A DNA stretch of 64,000 nt. It comes from an uncultured Bacilli bacterium. GTDB taxonomy: Bacteria > Bacillota_I > Bacilli_A > RF39 > UBA660. The position numbers and the translations under genes were made by a program. The stretch spans positions 16,307 through 80,306 of the forward strand of contig CANROU010000004.1 in the NCBI GenBank assembly GCA_947632325.1. The letters run 5' to 3'. Under the pieces are notes generated by a model. The model was not told the DNA's origin. It was given only the letters and a program-made list of their open reading frames with translations, and ran no database searches. Below, piece after piece: positions 18,020-27,082 of the stretch (positions within the stretch are counted from its first letter, which is position 1; the number at the start of each line of letters is the position of its first letter).

Positions 18020-18565
18020 ATGAATAATAATATAGAGATAAATATTACAGATAAAATGCATAAAGCTCTTGATAATTTAGAAAAAAAATTTACAACCGTA
18101 AGAGCAGGGCGTGCTAATCCATCAAGTTTAGATGGGGTAGTAGTATCTTATTATGGAACAGCTACTCCCTTAAAGCAATTAGCTACTATATCTGTTCCAG
18201 AGGCTAGACAATTAGTTATTAAACCATTTGATAAAAGTTGCTTGGGTGAAATTGAAAAAGCCATTTTAGCGTCTAATTTGGGTTATACACCTAATAATGA
18301 TGGGGAATCTATTAGGATAGTTATTCCTGTTTTAACAGAAGAAAGACGTAAAGAGTTAATAAAACAAGTTAAATCTTTAGCAGAAGAGGCTAAAATAGCC
18401 ATTAGAAATATTAGACAAGATGCTCATAAGGAAATAGAAAATTTAAATTTACCAGAAGACGAAGAAAAAAAAGAAATGGAAAAAATTCAAGATTTAGTTA
18501 ATGAACATAATAAAAAAATAGAATCTTTACTTAAAAATAAAGAAGAAGAATTACTAACTTTATAA
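18020..18565 (+). CDS. frr: Ribosome recycling factor
   Basis: Typical RRF (TVRAGRANPSSLDGVVVSYYG..., RNIRQDA). Confidence 0.95.
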   Translation: MNNNIEINITDKMHKALDNLEKKFTTVRAGRANPSSLDGVVVSYYGTATPLKQLATISVPEARQLVIKPFDKSCLGEIEKAILASNLGYTPNNDGESIRIVIPVLTEERRKELIKQVKSLAEEAKIAIRNIRQDAHKEIENLNLPEDEEKKEMEKIQDLVNEHNKKIESLLKNKEEELLTL

Positions 18566-18574
18566 ATAAAAATA

Positions 18575-18603
18575 TTGGAAAATAAGTAATTATATGCTAT
18601 ACT
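18575..18603 (+). promoter_or_regulatory. Sigma-A promoter for the pheST leader
   Basis: TTGGAA, 17-nt spacer, TATACT. Confidence 0.6.
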
Positions 18604-18814
18604 AAAGTCGTTAAAGACCATTATTAGGAAATAGTAATAAGAAAATATCTTACTAGAGAGATCCCATTGGTGGAAAGGATCAAGAGAAATACTTATGAAT
18701 TCACCCTATAGTTCCTATTTTAGGCGTTATTCGCGTTAAGAATTGAGATAGATTTTATCTATGAATTAAGGTGGTAACACGGTATTTCGTCCTTAGAAAT
18801 AACTGTGTTTTTTA
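18604..18814 (+). promoter_or_regulatory. T-box riboswitch leader, Phe-specific (specifier UUC)
   Basis: Four elements support this. AGAGAG box (18655-18660). Specifier context GAA-TTC-A with TTC at 18700-18702. T-box sequence AATTAAGGTGGTAACACGG (18764-18782). Terminator AACACGGTATTTC/GAAATAACTGTGTT plus a T-run ending near 18814. Confidence 0.88.
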
Positions 18815-18831
18815 TATATTGGGAGGATAAT

Positions 18832-19884
18832 ATGAATTATGATGATATGATTAAAAAAACAATAGACTCTATTAAACAAGATTTTATTAAAGTAGAAAAT
18901 GAATTATACCTAAATGAACTTAAAGTAAAATATCTTGGCAAAAAGGGGTTAATAACTAATTTAAGTAGTGAAATAAAAAATGTAGCTAATGAAGATAAAA
19001 AGACCTTCGGTAAAGCTATAAATGAATTAAAAAATGTTTTCCAAAATAATTATGATACTGCTAAAAAGAAATTAGAAAAAAGCTTATTAGATGAAAAATT
19101 AGCCAAAGAAGCGATAGATATCAGTTTACCAGCTACTAAAATACGCCAAGGATCTCCTCATATTTTGGAAAAATTAATAGAAGAAATAGAAGAAATTTTT
19201 ATGTCTATGGGATATGATGTTATTGATGGTCCTGAAATAGAAGAGGATAAATATAATTTTGAAATGTTGAATATTCCTAAAGGCCATCCAGCCAGAGATG
19301 CTCAAGATACTTTTTATCTTAAAGGTGAAGAGCTTTTGCTTCGTAGTCAAACATCACCTGTACAAGTTAGAACAATGTTAAAGGGTGAAGGTAAAGTTCC
19401 TATTCGCATGATTTGTCCTGGAAAAACTTATCGTCGTGATGATGATGATGCTACTCATTCACATCAATTTACGCAAATTGAGGGATTATTGATTGATAAA
19501 AATATTAGTTTATCTGATTTAAAAGGTACTATTGACATTGTGGTTAAACAACTATTTGGTAATAAGGTAGAGACTAGATTTAGACCAAGTTATTATCAAT
19601 TTACAGAACCATCAGTTGAAGTAGATATTAGCTGTTTTAATTGTCAAAAAGAAGGGTGTAATATCTGTAAAAAAACTGGTTGGATAACTGTCGCTGGTGC
19701 TGGTATTGTTCATCCTAATGTATTGAAAATGAGTGGTTATGATCCTAATGTATGGAGTGGCTTTGCTTTTGGCTTTGGATCAGAACGTTTAGCTATGCTA
19801 AAGTATGGTATTTCAGATTTACGCGTTTTTTATAATCCCGATTTAAGAGAAAGTCAAAATTTTGATAGATGGGAGGATGAATAG
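18832..19884 (+). CDS. pheS: Phenylalanine--tRNA ligase alpha subunit
   Basis: Class II motifs (HPARD, FRPSYYQFTEPS, GFGSERLAML). The ATG at 18832 follows GGGAGGA. The start in the track (18805) lies in the T-box terminator. Confidence 0.95.
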   Translation: MNYDDMIKKTIDSIKQDFIKVENELYLNELKVKYLGKKGLITNLSSEIKNVANEDKKTFGKAINELKNVFQNNYDTAKKKLEKSLLDEKLAKEAIDISLPATKIRQGSPHILEKLIEEIEEIFMSMGYDVIDGPEIEEDKYNFEMLNIPKGHPARDAQDTFYLKGEELLLRSQTSPVQVRTMLKGEGKVPIRMICPGKTYRRDDDDATHSHQFTQIEGLLIDKNISLSDLKGTIDIVVKQLFGNKVETRFRPSYYQFTEPSVEVDISCFNCQKEGCNICKKTGWITVAGAGIVHPNVLKMSGYDPNVWSGFAFGFGSERLAMLKYGISDLRVFYNPDLRESQNFDRWEDE

Positions 19885-19886
19885 TA

Positions 19887-22262
19887 ATGATAAGTTTAAA
19901 GTGGGTAAAAGATTATATTGATATAAGCGACCAAGATTTAGATGAATTAGCAGTTAAAATAACTAAAGCTGGCATTAATATTGAACAAATTGTATCCAAT
20001 AAAATTGCTAATTTAGTAATCGGTGAAATTATTACTATAAAAAAACATCCTGATAGTGATCATTTAAACATCTGTCAAGTAAACATTGGCAGTAATGAAT
20101 TATACCAAATTGTTTGTGGAGCGTCTAATGTCAAAGAAAAAATGAAGGTTATTGTAGCTTTACCAGGGGCCATTTTAAAAGATAATTTTGTTATTAAAAA
20201 GAGCAAAATTAGGGGTGTAGAATCAAATGGTATGTTGTGTGCTTTATTTGAATTAGGATTAGAAGAAAAAAATGAAGACACTTACGCTAAAGGTATTTGT
20301 GAATTAGCGAAAGATGCTCCAATTGGTGAAGATCCACTAGAATATTTAGGTGTTGAAGACACTTTATATGAATTAGATGTTCATAAACATCGTAATAATG
20401 ATTGTTATTCGCATATTGGTTTTGCTTATGAAATAGCGGCTATCTTAAATAGAAAGGTAACTTTACCGGATTTAAGTTATCAGGAAATAGACAAATCCAT
20501 TACGAAAGAATTTCAATTACAAGTCAAAACAGATAAGTGTCCTTACTATTTAGCCAAAATGGTTACTGATATAAAAATTGGAGAATCACCAGAATTTATT
20601 AAACAGCGACTAATATCAGCAGGTATGCGACCAATTAATAATGTCGTTGATATTTCAAATTACGTTATGTTAGAATTTGGTCAACCATTACATTTCTTTG
20701 ATAAAGATAAACTGGGTAATAAAATTGTTGTTCGAAATGCTCTAGATAATGAAGAAATAATTACTCTAGATGGTAAATTACGATCATTAAAAGCAAGTGA
20801 TATCGTCATAACAGATGGCACTAAACCTGTTTGTATCGCTGGTGTAATGGGTGGTGAAAATACTGAAGTTGATCAAAATAGTAAAACCATTTTAATTGAA
20901 AGTGCTATATTTGATGCCGTTAGTATTCGTTATACTTCCTCTAATTTAAATTTAAAAAGTGAAGCCTCAATCCGTTATGGTAAAGGTTTAAATTATGAAT
21001 ATACCAATATGGCAATTGCTAGAGCCTGTCATCTATTAGAAAAATATGCCGGTGCTAAAATTTATAAAGATACTGTTTGTCATGATACTATTGATAAAAC
21101 ACCTAAAGTTGTACGCTTTAAAAAAGAAGATATTAATCGTATCTTGGGTATTAATATTAGTCAAAAAGACATAGAAGAAGTTCTTCATATGCTTGATTTT
21201 AGCTATCAATTAGATCAAGAATCTTTTATCGTTCAAATACCAAATAGACGTTTAGATATTGATCCTAATATAAATGATATTGCTGAAGAAATTGGTAGGT
21301 TATATGGTTATCATAATTTACATTCTACTTTGCCAAATGTTCCTATTAGGCGTGGCCAATATATAGGTGATGTCAAATATCGTAAAGCCATTTCAAAACG
21401 ACTTCGTAGATTAGGCTTAACTGAAGTTAAAACTTATACATTGGTATCACGTGAAGATGTAGAAATGTTTAACTATCAACACAAAGAAGCTATTTTACTT
21501 CCTAATCCCATGAGTATGGATAAAAGTGTTATTAGAATCTCATTATTACCATCTTTATTGAAAGTTTATCAATATAATAAAGCCCGTAAAGTAAATGATA
21601 TCTTTATCTATGAAATTAGCAAGACATATGATAAAAATTATGAAGAAGATAGTTTAATAAGTGGTTTATTATCTGGTAATTATTTAGATAATAGTTGGCA
21701 GCATAATGGCCAAGAAACAGATTTTTACTTACTTAAAGGAATTATTGAAGATATTTTAAATTATATGGGATTTAATAACAGATATAGTTTCATTAAAAAT
21801 ACTGATGACTCATTTCACCCTGGAGTAAGTGCTAAAATATTATTGGATAAACAAGAAATTGGAATATTTGGTAGAATTCATCCTCAACTTTGTAAAGATA
21901 ATGTTTATGCCTTTGAGTTATCACTTACAAAATTAATTAAAAAATGTGGACCACTCAAATTTATCGAAGCGCCAAAATATCCCGGAATTGAAAAAGATAT
22001 GGCCTTTATTGTAGATCAAGATATTCCCGCTGGTGATATTATGATGACCATCAAAAGAGCCGCAGGTCATCTTCTAAATCAAGTAGATATTTTTGATGTT
22101 TATAAAGGGGAAAATATAGCCAACAATAAAAAATCAGTAGCATTTAAGTTACAGTTTGTTGATTACACTAAAACGCTAACTGATGAAGAGGTTATGACAA
22201 TTTTCAATAAAGTTATTGAAACCGTGAAAACTAAATACCAAGCTATATTAAGAGATAAATAA
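19887..22262 (+). CDS. pheT: Phenylalanine--tRNA ligase beta subunit
   Basis: About 790 aa with a tRNA-binding N-domain and B3/4, B5 and FDX-ACB domains. It follows pheS directly. Confidence 0.95.
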   Translation: MISLKWVKDYIDISDQDLDELAVKITKAGINIEQIVSNKIANLVIGEIITIKKHPDSDHLNICQVNIGSNELYQIVCGASNVKEKMKVIVALPGAILKDNFVIKKSKIRGVESNGMLCALFELGLEEKNEDTYAKGICELAKDAPIGEDPLEYLGVEDTLYELDVHKHRNNDCYSHIGFAYEIAAILNRKVTLPDLSYQEIDKSITKEFQLQVKTDKCPYYLAKMVTDIKIGESPEFIKQRLISAGMRPINNVVDISNYVMLEFGQPLHFFDKDKLGNKIVVRNALDNEEIITLDGKLRSLKASDIVITDGTKPVCIAGVMGGENTEVDQNSKTILIESAIFDAVSIRYTSSNLNLKSEASIRYGKGLNYEYTNMAIARACHLLEKYAGAKIYKDTVCHDTIDKTPKVVRFKKEDINRILGINISQKDIEEVLHMLDFSYQLDQESFIVQIPNRRLDIDPNINDIAEEIGRLYGYHNLHSTLPNVPIRRGQYIGDVKYRKAISKRLRRLGLTEVKTYTLVSREDVEMFNYQHKEAILLPNPMSMDKSVIRISLLPSLLKVYQYNKARKVNDIFIYEISKTYDKNYEEDSLISGLLSGNYLDNSWQHNGQETDFYLLKGIIEDILNYMGFNNRYSFIKNTDDSFHPGVSAKILLDKQEIGIFGRIHPQLCKDNVYAFELSLTKLIKKCGPLKFIEAPKYPGIEKDMAFIVDQDIPAGDIMMTIKRAAGHLLNQVDIFDVYKGENIANNKKSVAFKLQFVDYTKTLTDEEVMTIFNKVIETVKTKYQAILRDK

Positions 22263-22287
22263 AAGAAACAAAATTGTTTCTTTTTTA
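22261..22287. terminator. Bidirectional terminator between pheT and sspI
   Basis: Hairpin AAGAAAC/GTTTCTT flanked by an A-run and a T-run. Confidence 0.65.
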
Positions 22288-22530
22288 TTTATTATCCTTA
22301 TTATCAATGGTGGTCATATTTACTCTCTTTTTAATAATATCTAATATTTTCTGTTTCATATCCTCATCAGCATCCTGCCAAATAATTTCCATAAATACTC
22401 CCATCCCTGGTAGGGTTTCTTCATCTTGTTCACTAACACTAATATCAATAGCGCTTTTTAAGGCTTCATAATCATCTCCCTTAAAATTATTAATTATATG
22501 ACTTCTAATATCAATATCCATATCGATCAT
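22285..22530 (-). CDS. sspI: Small acid-soluble spore protein SspI
   Basis: TLPGMGVFMEIIWQDADEDMKQKIL closely parallels B. subtilis SspI (MLPGLGVLFEVIWQHASE...). It lies next to pheT, as in Bacillus. Confidence 0.8.
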   Translation of the reverse strand: MIDMDIDIRSHIINNFKGDDYEALKSAIDISVSEQDEETLPGMGVFMEIIWQDADEDMKQKILDIIKKRVNMTTIDNKDNK

Positions 22531-22541
22531 CCTTTCTTTTT

Positions 22542-22571
22542 TATTATGATAGTTAATAAAACAATCTATAC
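22542..22571 (-). promoter_or_regulatory. Forespore (sigma-G/F type) promoter for sspI
   Basis: On the minus strand: GTATA, 18-nt spacer, CATAATA. The consensus is GhATr-N17-18-CATxxTA. It sits about 12 nt upstream of the sspI RBS. Confidence 0.45.
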
Positions 22572-22578
22572 ATTTTTA

Positions 22579-23730
22579 TTACGGATGATGTTTAAATTCT
22601 TCTTCAATAAGCTTCTTTTTCTTTTTTTCATCTTTTATGGATGCAGCATATACTTTTGTAGAGCGAAATTCTAAATCTAACATAGGATGCTTTAACTTAG
22701 AATAATTACTTATGATAGGTATTTTAATATTTTTTTTAATACTGTTTAAATATTTTTGCCCTTGAGTTGAAAAACCTAGGATTCTAATATAAGCAATCTC
22801 CTTCATCATATTAGCTTCTTCTTTAGTAAAACCGCATAAAATATGACAAAGCATTCGTTGAAGCTTATTATAGGTATATCTTTTACTTTTAATATTTTTA
22901 ATCAATTCATCATAACTTTCAATTTTATCAATATATTTTATAAGACAATACTCAATTCCTTCATCCACTCCTTGATAGATACTTAAATCTTGGCTTGTAG
23001 CTAATTTATATTTTAAAAAAGGTAAATAATCATCTATAAAATGTAATTCTGTTTGTAAATATTGTAAAACCTCGTGAGGAACATAAGTCTCTATATTAAT
23101 TTGATCCTTTAACGCTTTTCTAATACTTGTAGCACTAGTAATATTAGTATCAGGGCTTAATTTTACATCATGATAATCATTGATACGCTTTAGACAATGA
23201 GCTTCAATATGACAATATTGTTTTTTTATTTCTTTAATATAACTAATAGCTAATAAATCATTAGGTAAATCTATTTTTTTACCAGTTAAATCAACTAAAG
23301 CTTTTGATAATGCGGTAGGATAATTCAATCCTGATTTTAAATATAGGCCCACTAAAGTATCATATTCTGGATAATTTAATTGTGTATCAACTAATGTTTC
23401 AATCGTCTTAATATCATCAGTTTCACTGCCGAAAACCAAATGTCTTACTTCTAAATATTTTAATAACGATATGGCTCCATGAGCAAAAAAATCAGCGCTT
23501 TGGCTAGCAAAGGGATAGGGTAATTCAACCACTAAATCCACACCATATTGAATTGCTAACTTACAACGATCCCATTTATTAATGATACTAGGTTCACCCC
23601 TTTGTAAGAAATGTCCAGCTAAAATTAATACAATAACATGGTCAGGAAACAATTCTTTTACCTTCTGTAGGTGATATAAATGACCATTATGAAAAGGATT
23701 ATATTCCGCAATAATTCCAACAGCATCCAT
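22579..23730 (-). CDS. tmcAL: tRNA(Met) cytidine acetate ligase TmcAL (YlbM/UPF0348)
   Basis: N-terminus GIIAEYNPFHNGHLYHL (HxGH nucleotidyltransferase). Size is about 380 aa. Confidence 0.85.
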   Translation of the reverse strand: MDAVGIIAEYNPFHNGHLYHLQKVKELFPDHVIVLILAGHFLQRGEPSIINKWDRCKLAIQYGVDLVVELPYPFASQSADFFAHGAISLLKYLEVRHLVFGSETDDIKTIETLVDTQLNYPEYDTLVGLYLKSGLNYPTALSKALVDLTGKKIDLPNDLLAISYIKEIKKQYCHIEAHCLKRINDYHDVKLSPDTNITSATSIRKALKDQINIETYVPHEVLQYLQTELHFIDDYLPFLKYKLATSQDLSIYQGVDEGIEYCLIKYIDKIESYDELIKNIKSKRYTYNKLQRMLCHILCGFTKEEANMMKEIAYIRILGFSTQGQKYLNSIKKNIKIPIISNYSKLKHPMLDLEFRSTKVYAASIKDEKKKKKLIEEEFKHHP

Positions 23731-23837
23731 CTTTTTTCCCTCTTTCTATGTTTATTATAATAAAAAAAGAAAGCCTTGTCATTATAATTGCTATTTATTT
23801 AATATAATTAATATATTATTTAGCTATAAGCTTTTTA

Positions 23838-23866
23838 TTGCAAAATTTATCAACATAGGGTATAAT
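23838..23866 (+). promoter_or_regulatory. Sigma-A promoter of the yceD-rpmF operon
   Basis: TTGCAA, 17-nt spacer, TATAAT. Confidence 0.65.
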
Positions 23867-23886
23867 TTTCATACGAGGTGGATAGG

Positions 23887-24357
23887 ATGATAATAGATTT
23901 AAGTTCTTTACATAGTAATATAGTAAAAGAAATACCTCTTGATTTTACTATTTCTTTTACCAAAGATATTTTAGCTAATACTGATATAGTTAGACTAGAT
24001 AATATTAAAGTAGAAGGTAATATTACTCGTAATGCTTCAATGGAGGATATTATATCATGCTCAGTAACAGGTGAAATGTTTTTGCAAGATTCTATATCAT
24101 TAGAAGAAGTCGCTTATCCTCTGGCGTTAAAAATAGATGATATTTTAACAGAAAATGTCAAAAAAGATGAAAATACTCTTGATATTATGGAGTTTTTATG
24201 GGAAAATATTATCTTAGAGATTCCCTTAAAATTTACTAAGGTAGAGGATCTCAGTAAATTTCACGGGGATGGTTGGAAAGTCATTAGTGAAGAAGAACTA
24301 AACAAAAATAATAATCCGTTTAGTGAATTAGTAAATGAAACAGAGAGGAGTGATTAA
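23887..24357 (+). CDS. YceD/DUF177 family protein (YlbN-like, large-subunit rRNA accumulation protein)
   Basis: Acidic ~155-aa protein directly upstream of rpmF, which is conserved synteny. The ATG at 23887 lies 6 nt after GAGGTG. Confidence 0.8.
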   Translation: MIIDLSSLHSNIVKEIPLDFTISFTKDILANTDIVRLDNIKVEGNITRNASMEDIISCSVTGEMFLQDSISLEEVAYPLALKIDDILTENVKKDENTLDIMEFLWENIILEIPLKFTKVEDLSKFHGDGWKVISEEELNKNNNPFSELVNETERSD

Positions 24358-24358
24358 A

Positions 24359-24568
24359 ATGTTAAAATTAGATATTCAATTATTTGCTGTGCCATTTCAT
24401 AGAGTAAGTAAAACCCGCAAAAGATTAAGACGAAGTCACAATGCATTAGAAACCCCTGGTACTACTAGATGTCCTAATTGCAATGAAATAATTAAACCTC
24501 ATCGCGTATGCTCAAAATGTGGTTTCTATAAAGGAAAAGAAGTAGTAGAGTCAAAAAGTGCTGAATAA
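24359..24568 (+). CDS. rpmF: 50S ribosomal protein L32 with a 9-residue N-terminal extension (MLKLDIQLF) before the canonical [10 protein letters not shown]-terminus
   Basis: [18 protein letters not shown] and the CPNC...CSKC zinc ribbon are canonical L32. The only in-frame start with an RBS (GAGAGGAG, 8 nt) is the ATG at 24359, which adds MLKLDIQLF. Confidence 0.9.
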   Translation: MLKLDIQLFAVPFHRVSKTRKRLRRSHNALETPGTTRCPNCNEIIKPHRVCSKCGFYKGKEVVESKSAE

Positions 24569-24655
24569 GCATTTTTTTATTTTATACTATTTATGTTTAT
24601 TTACTACTAATTATTTTCATAGTATAATTTTATTAGAAATAAAGAAGGTGAGATT

Positions 24656-27082
24656 ATGGAACTATTATCACAGTTAAAAGATAATTTATTAATTATAGTA
24701 CCTTCAAAAGTAAAAGAAGATCTTCTTCATACGTTAAGTACTATGAAGCAACACTATATATTAAAAATCATGACCTTTGAAGAATTAAAAAAAGAATTTT
24801 ATTTTCAATATGATATAGATTGTTATGCTTACTTAATGCAAAAATACCATTATAAGATGGATGTATGTGAAGTATTTTTAAAAAATATGTATTATATTGA
24901 AGATAAAAAATATAACTCTATTACCTTAACAAAATTAAAGCAATTAAAAGATGAATTGCATGAGCAACATTTATTAATAACCAATGATTACTTTCCTAAC
25001 TATTTAAAACAAGTTGATGTTTTAGTATATGGCTTAGATGTTACTAACAAATTTATAGATTATACTATTAAAAAAATAGAAAATATAACTAATGTTCACA
25101 TCATAAATGAAACATTAACCCCTAAAAAAGATATAGCTGTCTATGAATTTCCTACTATTAGTGAAGAAGTAGAATTTGTGGCTATTTCAATTTTAAATTT
25201 AGTAGATAAAAACATACCTTGGTCAAACATCAAATTAACTAACGTTACTGAAGAATATTATGATGATTTACAACGCATCTTTACTTATTATAATATACCA
25301 CTATGTTTACCTAATAATACTTCCATTTATAGTTGCCTTTATGTTAAAAAATTTCTTGAATATTTTGATCAAACCAAGGATCTATCTCAAGCTATCACAT
25401 ACATTTATGATTGTTACCCCTTAGAAGAAAAATTATATGATATTATTTTAGATATTGCTAACAAGATAAACCAAGCTACAGATAATTATCTTTTACAAAG
25501 AGAAATATTAGTTAATTTATGTCAAAAAAAACCAATGTGGTCAAATGAATATATAGAGCAAGTAGAAATTATTGATATTAACAATTGTTATTTAACTGAT
25601 AATGAATATTTATTTGTCTTAGGAACCAATCAAAATAGTTTTCCTAAAATTTATAAAGACGAAGGATATATTAGTGATAAAGATGCTACAGAATGCCTAA
25701 TGGATACCACTATTAATAAAAATGAGCAAGCTAAACAAGCAGCTATTAAATTAATTTATCGTAGTAAAAATATTGTTTTAACCTATAAATTAGCAACTCC
25801 TTTTGACGAGTATTATCCATCATTTTTACTTAATTCATTAACCACCAAAATTATTTCTTCTCCATCATTACCTAATAGACTATCTTATTCTAATTTAGCC
25901 AATAAATTAACCTTAGCAAGAGCATTAGATAATTTACATAATAATGGTATAAAAGATTCTAATTTAACTTTATTAACTAATACATATCCTAATTTACCAT
26001 ATCTTAGTTATCGCCATCAATTTACTGACTTAACTTTAGAGCAAATAAATACATATAAGAATAATTTAACCTTATCTTATACTAGTATTAATACCTATCA
26101 ATTATGTGCTTTTCGCTATTACTTACAATATATTTTACAATTAAACCCTTTTACAGATACTTTTATAACCTTTATTGGGCGATTATATCATGATATTTTA
26201 TCTAAATGTTATAATCCTGAATTTAACTTTGATAAAGCTTTTAATGAATATTTAGAAAACAGAATACTCTCCAATAAAGAAAAATTACTATTGATTAAAA
26301 TTAAAGATGAATTAAAAGCAACGATCAATATTTTACGACATCAATTAAATTATACTAAATTTACTAAAGGTTTATATGAGCAAAAATTAACTATGGACAT
26401 ATATAAAGATCCTAAAGTACAATTAACGGGAACTATTGATAAAATATTATTAAATAATAATCAAGCTATTATTATTGATTATAAAACAGGTGCTGTAGAA
26501 GTTAAATTAGAAAGATTAATTCATGGATTGAATATGCAATTACCACTATATTTGTATTTATTAAAAAACAACAATATCATTGATAATATTACTCCAGTTG
26601 GCTTCTATTATCAAAAGGTTTTAAATAATACACCATATAAGCAACCTCATAAATCATTATTAGAAATTAAAGCCGAACAATTAAAGTGGCTTGGTTATAG
26701 TATTGATAAAGAAGAAATTTTACAGGAAATTGATAGTAGCTATCAAAATAGTCAATTAATAAAGGGCCTTAAATTAACAACTAAAGGATTTTATGCTTAT
26801 TCCAAAATATTATCATCTTCTCAAATTGATAAAGTATTAGAACTAACCAAAGCCAAAATTTATAACTGCACAGATAATATAATAGATGGTAAATTTATGA
26901 TTAATCCTAAAAAAATTAATAATGTCAATATCAGTTGTACTTATTGTCCATTTGGCGATGTTTGCCATCATAATATTGATGATATAGTAGAATTGACTGA
27001 GCATAATACATTAGATTTTTTAAATAGTGGAGGTGAAAATAAACATGATGAAATGGACACCCGAACAACTTTTAGCCATTAA
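24656..27082 (+). CDS. addB: Helicase-nuclease complex subunit B (AddB/RexB)
   Basis: C-terminal PD-(D/E)XK nuclease motif (IIDYKTG). Four cysteines fit an AddB Fe-S cluster (one Cys in QLCAFRYY plus CTYCPFGDVC). No Walker A is visible at the N-terminus. It is followed by addA. Confidence 0.85.
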   Translation: MELLSQLKDNLLIIVPSKVKEDLLHTLSTMKQHYILKIMTFEELKKEFYFQYDIDCYAYLMQKYHYKMDVCEVFLKNMYYIEDKKYNSITLTKLKQLKDELHEQHLLITNDYFPNYLKQVDVLVYGLDVTNKFIDYTIKKIENITNVHIINETLTPKKDIAVYEFPTISEEVEFVAISILNLVDKNIPWSNIKLTNVTEEYYDDLQRIFTYYNIPLCLPNNTSIYSCLYVKKFLEYFDQTKDLSQAITYIYDCYPLEEKLYDIILDIANKINQATDNYLLQREILVNLCQKKPMWSNEYIEQVEIIDINNCYLTDNEYLFVLGTNQNSFPKIYKDEGYISDKDATECLMDTTINKNEQAKQAAIKLIYRSKNIVLTYKLATPFDEYYPSFLLNSLTTKIISSPSLPNRLSYSNLANKLTLARALDNLHNNGIKDSNLTLLTNTYPNLPYLSYRHQFTDLTLEQINTYKNNLTLSYTSINTYQLCAFRYYLQYILQLNPFTDTFITFIGRLYHDILSKCYNPEFNFDKAFNEYLENRILSNKEKLLLIKIKDELKATINILRHQLNYTKFTKGLYEQKLTMDIYKDPKVQLTGTIDKILLNNNQAIIIDYKTGAVEVKLERLIHGLNMQLPLYLYLLKNNNIIDNITPVGFYYQKVLNNTPYKQPHKSLLEIKAEQLKWLGYSIDKEEILQEIDSSYQNSQLIKGLKLTTKGFYAYSKILSSSQIDKVLELTKAKIYNCTDNIIDGKFMINPKKINNVNISCTYCPFGDVCHHNIDDIVELTEHNTLDFLNSGGENKHDEMDTRTTFSH

